From IMG/VR virus record IMGVR_UViG_3300042905_004067: a stretch of 64,000 nt of DNA. One strand, given 5' to 3'. Position numbers and translations under genes: made by a program. Below, piece by piece: positions 57,813-64,000 of the stretch. The notes beneath the pieces were generated by a model. The model saw only the letters and a list, made by a program, of their open reading frames with translations. It was not told the DNA's origin and made no database searches. The DNA comes from a virus. Numbering within the stretch: the stretch's first letter is position 1; every line of letters starts with the position of its first letter.

Positions 57813-58238
57813 TTATCTTGTGTATCTTTTTCTGCGTTCTTGTGTTATCGTTTCTAAATGTTTTTCGGGATCAACAAATCTACCAGCCATTGGTCTACCA
57901 ACTGGTTTTCCCTCTACAACTTTACGACCAACACCAGGACCTCTTTGTCCCTTTACCAGAGAAGAATGAACATCTCCGGCATGAACACTTGCTGCATGAA
58001 GACGATCTCTAACAGAATTTGGCATTTCAACATCGGTATTTAACGCATGTTGTACTGCACCGCGAAGAGTATTATGAGTATCCATAAACGCAGCAATTAT
58101 TTGGTGATCTTGTTTTTGATTTGTATGCATTTGCTGCAATCTACTCAAAACTTTATTGTACCGCTCGGTGTGTGCGGAATGAAGATCGGTCATTGCTTGT
58201 CTGCAACCAGTCGGTACTGAAAATGTTCTTGAAGCCAT
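57813..58238 (-). CDS. Hypothetical His/Arg-rich protein
   Basis: Start MASRTF at 58238 after late promoter ATAAATA and GGAG SD; the longer track ORF overlaps a tRNA. Confidence 0.6.
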   Translation of the reverse strand: MASRTFSVPTGCRQAMTDLHSAHTERYNKVLSRLQQMHTNQKQDHQIIAAFMDTHNTLRGAVQHALNTDVEMPNSVRDRLHAASVHAGDVHSSLVKGQRGPGVGRKVVEGKPVGRPMAGRFVDPEKHLETITQERRKRYTR

Positions 58239-58270
58239 AATATTATTCTCCGTACCGTATTTATTAAAAA

Positions 58271-58343
58271 TAGGATGTATAGGATTCGAACCTACTGCCA
58301 CCTCGTTATAAGCAAGGCTGGGCCTCCCAGACCCCCACATCCC
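58271..58343 (-). tRNA. tRNA-Ile(TAT) with atypical D-arm
   Basis: CCTTG-CTTATAA-CGAGG anticodon arm; GTAGG-TTCGAAT-CCTAT; A73. Confidence 0.85.
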
Positions 58344-58349
58344 ATAAGT

Positions 58350-58577
58350 TCACACCCAGTGAATGTGACACTTTTTGTTTGAAACATGACCGTTTTCATT
58401 CTTCAAGAGATAATTACTCTTTTGACGATCTTCGTCATGTCCAAGACGATAGTTTACTTGTTCTACTCCAAAAGTCAACATTTTTTCTTTCTCTAGAAGG
58501 TCGATAATCTTCTTTGAGATTTCTGCTGCTTCTGATTCGGTGCCAAGCAATGGAATATCAATATGAAGTCTAAACAT
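58350..58577 (-). CDS. Hypothetical protein
   Basis: Start MFRLHID at 58577 after AGGAG. Confidence 0.6.
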   Translation of the reverse strand: MFRLHIDIPLLGTESEAAEISKKIIDLLEKEKMLTFGVEQVNYRLGHDEDRQKSNYLLKNENGHVSNKKCHIHWV

Positions 58578-58589
58578 TCTGTCTCCTAA

Positions 58590-58662
58590 TAGCACGGGTG
58601 GGACTCGAACCCACACTGAATCGATTTTAAGTCGATTGCCTCTGCCTTTGGGCTACCGCGCC
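58590..58662 (-). tRNA. tRNA-Leu(TAA), short variable arm
   Basis: ATCGA-CTTAAAA-TCGAT; GTGGG-TTCGAGT-CCCAC; A73. Confidence 0.92.
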
Positions 58663-58668
58663 AATCCA

Positions 58669-58947
58669 TCACCTAGAGGTGCGCTCAAGGTGAGAAATAC
58701 GATCTGACATTTCCTTCTTAACTTCCTCTAGTGTATAGTATTCACGATCATAACGCATATCAGACTTTAGATCCTTGATATGTGTATGCAGTGAAGAAAT
58801 GCATAGTCCTAGAAAAGCAAGGCTAGCAACACCAAAACCAAAAACGTATGGATTCTTAAAATCTAGGTTTGCAACATTAACAAAACCAAGAATTGAAATT
58901 GCACTTAGGATCAAACTGTTTGTTGAATTAAATGAACGATAAATCAT
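58669..58947 (-). CDS. Small membrane protein (two hydrophobic segments)
   Basis: AGGAG SD; two TM-like stretches then a charged tail. Confidence 0.6.
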   Translation of the reverse strand: MIYRSFNSTNSLILSAISILGFVNVANLDFKNPYVFGFGVASLAFLGLCISSLHTHIKDLKSDMRYDREYYTLEEVKKEMSDRISHLERTSR

Positions 58948-58964
58948 AGTATCTCCTTTAAAAA

Positions 58965-59342
58965 TTAGTACTCAAGACGCTGAATACCTGTATCAGTAGT
59001 ATAGTGAATAGTGTGAAAAACTTCAACACACCACGGTAAACATTTTTCACATGGCTTTGACATTCTCATTTGAGCAAACTTATTAAATCGAATATTAATC
59101 AAATGTATCTTTTTGGCTTTATCTTCTTTGTCGAGTTTGCGATAGGCATCAAGTTCTGAATGCATTTCCTCAAACTTATAACCAATTTCTTTTGCCATTG
59201 GATGCGTTTTGAAATAATTCATACCAACGGCAATAATTCTCTTTTTACAAATAACAAGAGAAACGTGCTTTTTTTGCCTTGGAATGGCTAGGCACATAGG
59301 AAACGCAGTCTGTAGATATTCTTCTACATGAGACAGTTGCAT
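58965..59342 (-). CDS. Zinc-dependent cytidine/dCMP deaminase-like protein
   Basis: HSE...SKPCEKC (HxE/PCxxC). Confidence 0.8.
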   Translation of the reverse strand: MQLSHVEEYLQTAFPMCLAIPRQKKHVSLVICKKRIIAVGMNYFKTHPMAKEIGYKFEEMHSELDAYRKLDKEDKAKKIHLINIRFNKFAQMRMSKPCEKCLPWCVEVFHTIHYTTDTGIQRLEY

Positions 59343-59348
59343 GACAGA

Positions 59349-59376
59349 ATTATAACAAAAAATAAAACAAATGCAA
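59349..59376 (-). promoter_or_regulatory. sigma70-like promoter
   Basis: TTGCAT-N16-TATAAT, 6 nt before the deaminase ATG. Confidence 0.65.
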
Positions 59377-59380
59377 CCAA

Positions 59381-59560
59381 TTATGATTGAATTTTAATGT
59401 ACTGAATATAGGCTTCCCAAGGATCGTCTTTATATACAGATTGCCCTGTTACTCCTGCTATCTTTTGCCCGTTCTCGTCTAATTGAAAGACCGTGGCTCC
59501 AGATGGTCCAGTAATTGCCCATATAACGGGATATACTAATATTTTTTCTTGAAATCCCAT
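59381..59560 (-). CDS. 59-aa hypothetical late protein (not in ORF track)
   Basis: MGFQEKILVYPVIWAITGPSGATVFQLDENGQKIAGVTGQSVYKDDPWEAYIQYIKIQS; ATAAATA 5 nt upstream. Confidence 0.65.
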   Translation of the reverse strand: MGFQEKILVYPVIWAITGPSGATVFQLDENGQKIAGVTGQSVYKDDPWEAYIQYIKIQS

Positions 59561-59573
59561 AATACTATTTATT

Positions 59574-59673
59574 AAAAAGAAAGAGGGGGATTACCCGAAT
59601 CCCCCCCTCTGACGGTCTAAAGGTAGCGAAGTTCCTTTTTCGCACGAACAGCGTAGTTCGCGAGCCCGTCTGT
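59574..59673 (-). ncRNA. Candidate ~100-nt structured late small RNA with intrinsic terminator
   Basis: ATAAATA at 59685-59679; three-way junction at 59670-59611; GC hairpin plus U-tail at 59610-59574; no ORF. Confidence 0.65.
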
Positions 59674-59703
59674 ACTTTTATTTATGAATATACATATTTT
59701 ACT

Positions 59704-62031
59704 ATGCCAATATGGATTCATAATTATTCACAAGTTCGAGATAACATAGATGTTTTTCGTTATGACACAGAGCCTGCTGTATTTCCTCAATATGTTGCGG
59801 CAAATCCTATAGCCTACAACCCAAACCTATTTACAAATCAAGAAAGTATTACTGTAAATGGAGAGCAAATACCAATTACTGTTGACTTTTCTGGTTGTAG
59901 GGTCGGACAAAAAAAATATGGTGATGGTGGCTCGGTTTGGTGTGGAGATGCAAATCAAGACGGAAGTTTTGAACCAAATGAAGGATTTATAGCATGTAAA
60001 GAGTCTACTAATGCAGTTTTTCCATTTTGTAATGCTTTTTGGGCATATGCTAAAGCAGGAGATCAGGCTTCATGCTCTCTTAATAACATATCTATTTCAG
60101 AACGAATTGCACTTTACAAAAATAGTGGAACAATAAACCCACCATATACACCTCATCAACCCTGCGAATCTTTTTTAGCAAATTCTTGTGTGTTTGATTC
60201 TTATTGGGCAGATAATCGTGGATATAATCCACAACCGTTCAAAAAAATAGATCCGAGAATATCAACAAATGGAAAATATTGGAATAATACAAATTTATGG
60301 TTTAGTGGTAGCTGGTGGGGCGACGTTTTGGTAGAAAATGATGGTCCAAAATACGGTGAACCTGACGGGTATGAATATGCAATAACTGTAGGGCATCCAA
60401 TTACTACCTCACCATGCAGCACAACACTTACTTTTAGTTACTTTGATAAAGAATTAAACGAAATACAGTATAGAGAATTTGAATGTCCATGTAATGCTTG
60501 GGGCAATCCCCCTAACTGCATTAGTTTACAAGAAGACTATCATAGACTTTGGGTAATGAAACCAGATCAAGAACCAATTCCAGATCATATAAAAAGATAT
60601 AAGGTACTACAAGGACCAATTAGAAACAATCATCCAACTTACGGATTTCATGAAAATTATACTATAACAAAAGTAATTCATAAATTAGAAAATGGCATTT
60701 CAGTTGGGATCGCTGATAGATCTAAACCATTTACATTTGGTGTTGATCCAGCACTAATCGGTCTTGGTTTAAATTATAATGGAAACGAGCAACTATATTT
60801 TCAAGGACAAGGAGAGGACGGTGGTTCAGTATTTACTGTAACTCCTGAAGGTGAAACAATTTATGTAGGAAGACACGAAAACACACATGGAACTAAATTT
60901 GGTATATCAAACAGAGATACTATTGATGCATCTAGTTGTTCCACGCCCGATGATGTGTTTTTAATAGCAGGAGATGAATTGGTATTAAATACAAGATGTG
61001 CTTTAGACATCTATCACCCAAATGAAATTTCTGAAGAAAGCACAACAGATATAAAATTAAATCTTGGCAATCTTAATAATTACCTGTCATATACGAATGA
61101 TATTCTGGGAACAATTGAAAAACCAAAAATTAAAACTTATGTGTTTCCTGAATTTATTGTAAACCCTGATGTAAATATAGAAAATATTTCAGATGTAAAT
61201 AAAAAATATCCACTAAAAGAAGTTCCGTATCTTTCTAGAGAATCTAAAAATACATTTTTTGAAAATTCAAACAACATTATTTTTGGTTCTAAAAAAATGT
61301 TACAAGCATCGGAATTAAACGAACTTCAAGAAAAATTTTATAAAAACCAATCATTATTTGTTGAATATGTAAAAAATTGGATTACTTATTCAAAAATTTA
61401 TGGTGTTGATTCTTTAGGATTTACAAGAACTGGAAATTCAAGTATAAATCCTTTTGGGTTTGATCTTAATAAAATCATACCACTCAATATTGATATGGTA
61501 AAAATAAATAAAACAGCACAAACCGAATATGTTATTACCATGAATGCTGGTTGGTATTTGTTAAATTCAAATTTAACGTTGTTAAGCGCCGGCGAAGGAC
61601 TCGTTCAATATTTTGGGAGATATGGAAATAATGATTTTATTCATTTAACAGAGAACCAATCAATAACTATAAACTTGAACAATATAACTTCTTTTCAGAC
61701 AAATTTAACAACTGTAAATATTAAACAAAATAATATAATAAATTGTACAAATTACGAAGAATTAAAAGACAATACAAATGGAATTCTTCAAGTATCTCCA
61801 TGCGGTGCTCAAAGAAATTTATTGTTTTTTAAAGAATTAAAAAATGCAACATATACTTCACAAATAACATTTAACGAACCCCCATCAATTCTATCACCAC
61901 TACCACCACTTCCATTTTATGGTTATTTAGAGAAAAATCTAGGAAGTAATAACTTATTGTTGTATACTAAAACAACAGGACAGGGATTGTCATTCTATTT
62001 TGCTAACGATGTCCCTATCGAATTTACTTAA
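59704..62031 (+). CDS. Fusion-like protein: degenerate trypsin-like domain plus DUF4815-N-like domain
   Basis: YAITVGH and GEDGGSVF; C-terminal FGSKKMLQASELNELQ...CG..R...FYF.N paralogous to the 35004 ORF. Confidence 0.55.
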   Translation: MPIWIHNYSQVRDNIDVFRYDTEPAVFPQYVAANPIAYNPNLFTNQESITVNGEQIPITVDFSGCRVGQKKYGDGGSVWCGDANQDGSFEPNEGFIACKESTNAVFPFCNAFWAYAKAGDQASCSLNNISISERIALYKNSGTINPPYTPHQPCESFLANSCVFDSYWADNRGYNPQPFKKIDPRISTNGKYWNNTNLWFSGSWWGDVLVENDGPKYGEPDGYEYAITVGHPITTSPCSTTLTFSYFDKELNEIQYREFECPCNAWGNPPNCISLQEDYHRLWVMKPDQEPIPDHIKRYKVLQGPIRNNHPTYGFHENYTITKVIHKLENGISVGIADRSKPFTFGVDPALIGLGLNYNGNEQLYFQGQGEDGGSVFTVTPEGETIYVGRHENTHGTKFGISNRDTIDASSCSTPDDVFLIAGDELVLNTRCALDIYHPNEISEESTTDIKLNLGNLNNYLSYTNDILGTIEKPKIKTYVFPEFIVNPDVNIENISDVNKKYPLKEVPYLSRESKNTFFENSNNIIFGSKKMLQASELNELQEKFYKNQSLFVEYVKNWITYSKIYGVDSLGFTRTGNSSINPFGFDLNKIIPLNIDMVKINKTAQTEYVITMNAGWYLLNSNLTLLSAGEGLVQYFGRYGNNDFIHLTENQSITINLNNITSFQTNLTTVNIKQNNIINCTNYEELKDNTNGILQVSPCGAQRNLLFFKELKNATYTSQITFNEPPSILSPLPPLPFYGYLEKNLGSNNLLLYTKTTGQGLSFYFANDVPIEFT

Positions 62032-62151
62032 TTCAATTTTGAGTTGTTCAATTTCTTTTTGAAGTCTAAAAACAAGATCATCCCCTCTGTTTTCATAGAG
62101 GGGATGATTCTTTAATGGTGATTCTTCAGTCTTGGAGGAATTGTTTTCCAT
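61990..62151 (-). CDS. Small hypothetical coiled-coil protein
   Basis: Likely start MENNSSK at 62151. Confidence 0.4.
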   Translation of the reverse strand: MENNSSKTEESPLKNHPLYENRGDDLVFRLQKEIEQLKIELSKFDRDIVSKIE

Positions 62152-62347
62152 GACCCTGCTCATTAAGTTGAGAAATACTTCTTTCCTTTGCTTCCTCAAA
62201 TATTTTATTATCTGCTTCCGTCCAACCTGTCATCCATTCGTGTCCTTGCATTGACCGAATAGTGTATGGATTCTCGGATCGATGCTTTCCTGAATAACGA
62301 GCCTTAAAGCCCTCATCAAAACTATTTCCGGCATTGTACTCACTCAT
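62126..62347 (-). CDS. Ribosome modulation factor (RMF)-like protein
   Basis: FDEGFKA...G.....NPY.......W..GW.EA pattern of RMF. Confidence 0.65.
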   Translation of the reverse strand: MSEYNAGNSFDEGFKARYSGKHRSENPYTIRSMQGHEWMTGWTEADNKIFEEAKERSISQLNEQGHGKQFLQD

Positions 62348-62466
62348 TTTTTAGATTCCTTTTTCTTAATTTTTTTATTGAAAATACGATCCCAGTTGTC
62401 AGACCATTTTTTATAGTCTACTGGTCTATATCTATCGCCTTTTCCAGCACCGTGTTTACCACCCAC
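62344..62466 (-). CDS. 40-aa basic hypothetical protein (GTG start, not in ORF track)
   Basis: MGGKHGAGKGDRYRPVDYKKWSDNWDRIFNKK...; GKG...R......NWD.IF small phage protein pattern; overlaps both neighbours. Confidence 0.6.
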   Translation of the reverse strand: MGGKHGAGKGDRYRPVDYKKWSDNWDRIFNKKIKKKESKK

Positions 62467-63457
62467 GATTAAAACTCACTTCTTCTCTATTTCCAGAGAA
62501 TGATATGTTTGCATTTAAGAACTCTAATGTATTTGAAATAAATTCAGTCATTTTAAGCAAACTACTAAATTGATGTAGAAACCCTTTGTAGTATACTTTG
62601 AATACGCCAACTGTTTCTAAAACATCACACTTATTTATGATGAGATAATCACAACCAGAAAGTTGCATTGATTCAATCAACTTATCAAGATTTAACCAAT
62701 TTACTAGTCTCTTACGGCCGGTTGTGGAACCGTATTCTTGGCCAAGTTCAATGATTCGATTTAGTGTTTCATCCTCCCATAAAGTTTCAGGGAACAGTGG
62801 ATCTACACCACTTTTCGTATCGTAGATTTTAGCAACACCAATACTACGACCAATGTACTTTGGAGGAATACCAAGAGAACATGCTCCGTATGGTAAAGTA
62901 GTACTACTCGTCACAAATGGATAGTTTCCATGATCAATATCAAGCCACACACTTTGTGCTCCTTCACATAAAACTGCACCAGAAAGATGTCCATCCCAGA
63001 TATACTGAGCATCTAGAACATCTTTTGCTTGTGTACCACAACGAAGCATCTTATCGGCATAGCATGGAGCAATTCCTTGTCCTGTAGTTCCAAACTTCTT
63101 TTTTAATTCTTTCATGTCTCGTTCAATATGCTCATCTGTGATGATATGAGCATGAGGAGAAACTTTTACAAGAGAGACATCAAAACCATTTTGCTCCAAG
63201 TAAGAAATTTCTTGTAAAAACTTATTTACATGAAGAACACATCCAGGACCAATAATTGATTTTTTACCTTTAAAAATTCCACAAGGAACACTGTGTGTTT
63301 TATACTTTTTGTCTTTGATGTAAACGGTATGTCCCGCATTTGGACCACCATTCCATCGACAAACATAATCGTATTCGTGCGCGATTGCATTAGAAATTTT
63401 TCCTTTGCCTTCGTCGCCCCATGCGAGTCCATAAATTACGTCTGCATAATCAATCAT
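62456..63457 (-). CDS. purA: Adenylosuccinate synthetase (short form)
   Basis: WGDEGKG, GGPNAGHT, GTTGQGI.P.Y.DK, EGAQ, G.YPFVTSS, EYGSTTGRKR, NKCD. Confidence 0.93.
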   Translation of the reverse strand: MIDYADVIYGLAWGDEGKGKISNAIAHEYDYVCRWNGGPNAGHTVYIKDKKYKTHSVPCGIFKGKKSIIGPGCVLHVNKFLQEISYLEQNGFDVSLVKVSPHAHIITDEHIERDMKELKKKFGTTGQGIAPCYADKMLRCGTQAKDVLDAQYIWDGHLSGAVLCEGAQSVWLDIDHGNYPFVTSSTTLPYGACSLGIPPKYIGRSIGVAKIYDTKSGVDPLFPETLWEDETLNRIIELGQEYGSTTGRKRLVNWLNLDKLIESMQLSGCDYLIINKCDVLETVGVFKVYYKGFLHQFSSLLKMTEFISNTLEFLNANISFSGNREEVSFNRGW

Positions 63458-63485
63458 GATAAATTCTCCAACTCCTTCGTTTAAA

Positions 63486-63557
63486 CTGGAGCGACAGGAT
63501 TTGAACCTGTAACCGATCCGTTAACAGCGGATTGCACTACCGTTGTGCTACGCTCCA
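63486..63557 (-). tRNA. tRNA-Asn(GTT)
   Basis: ATCCG-CTGTTAA-CGGAT; G73. Confidence 0.93.
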
Positions 63558-63561
63558 TCTC

Positions 63562-63588
63562 ATGAATTTCTCTATGGCAATTTGCACA
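63562..63588 (-). pseudogene. Relic of an HNH endonuclease C-terminus
   Basis: Spacer translates to CANCHREIH, with a stop three codons upstream. Confidence 0.5.
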
Positions 63589-63605
63589 TGTGAATTAAAA
63601 TTTAA

Positions 63606-63679
63606 CGTCCCTGGCAGGATTTGAACCTGCAATCTACGGCTTAGAAGGTCGTTGCATTATCCTGTTATGCTACAGGGAC
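63606..63679 (-). tRNA. tRNA-Arg(TCT)
   Basis: ACGAC-CTTCTAA-GCCGT; GCAGG-TTCAAAT-CCTGC. Confidence 0.93.
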
Positions 63680-63705
63680 GGATGTTCCTTTTTCAAGGAA
63701 CACAA

Positions 63706-63733
63706 ATTATATCCACTGTCGTTCACAAGTCAA
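63706..63733 (-). promoter_or_regulatory. sigma70-like promoter driving tRNA-Arg/Asn and purA
   Basis: TTGACT-N16-TATAAT. Confidence 0.75.
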
Positions 63734-64000
63734 GTTGTAAGTTTAAGACCAGCACCAGCACCGACTGGTCCGTTATTTGGAACGACTAGACCAGAAAGCA
63801 TTCCTAGATATTGATTCTTCATCTCTTCATCAATATCAACAACAAACATAACAAAACGATCATCAATGGTAATTCCGTGTGTGTGCTGATTTTCGCTAAC
63901 ATATGGCATCCACTTTGCAAAAGCCAACTTACCTTGTCCCATTGGGAACAAAATTGCTGAATCTGTTAGAATGTGAATTACACCGTTTACATCTTTGTCA
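63730..64000 (-). CDS. Conserved T4-like hypothetical protein, Sm-like (partial, starts beyond the window)
   Basis: Frame open to the edge; P...G.LAF..WMPY...V.F......NQY....S.LV.P pattern. Confidence 0.65.
   Translation of the reverse strand, partial: DKDVNGVIHILTDSAILFPMGQGKLAFAKWMPYVSENQHTHGITIDDRFVMFVVDIDEEMKNQYLGMLSGLVVPNNGPVGAGAGLKLTT

Noticed and set aside
58239-58616. Extended N-termini of ORFs 57813-58340 and 58350-58616
   Set aside because: The extensions run through tRNA genes; downstream ATGs have SD sequences.
62456-63457. PurZ (2-aminoadenine, Z-genome) synthase
   Set aside because: The motif is GDEGKG with the PurA catalytic Asp, whereas PurZ/PurZ0 have Ser there. No datZ/mazZ-like neighbours are recognisable.
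1-64000. Stop-codon reassignment
   Set aside because: Core genes are full length in the standard code and no suppressor tRNA was found.

Overview
A 64-kb segment of an AT-rich T4-like (Tevenvirinae/cyanomyovirus-type) phage genome read in the standard code. Positions 1-52.4 kb hold the virion morphogenesis block, mostly on the minus strand: uvsW, uvsY, gp3, gp23, gp22, gp21, gp20, gp19, gp18, gp17-13, four giant Cys-rich fibre-like genes, baseplate gp8/7/6/25, a hub-like gene, gp53 and gp48. A plus-strand run follows (gp4, gp54-like, gp26/51, tape-measure candidate), then gp32 and gp33. Positions 55-64 kb are an accessory translation-control region: six canonical tRNAs, an atypical tRNA-Cys-like gene, a circularly permuted two-piece tmRNA, DksA/TraR, a SpoU methylase, a zinc deaminase, an RMF-like protein and purA. 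Highlights read directly from the sequence: (1) the permuted tmRNA with tag ANIIANELAMAA; (2) a U_UUU_UUA -1 frameshift site joining gp26 to a start-less gp51; (3) a stand-alone ~100-nt late-promoter ncRNA with its own terminator; (4) a cassette of GACC-repeat/DUF1566 fibres plus a trypsin-like protease and a protease-anchor fusion paralog; (5) a pervasive G-x-T/S motif in virion proteins; (6) repeated leaderless promoter geometry. All calls come from motif recognition by eye; no database searches were run.
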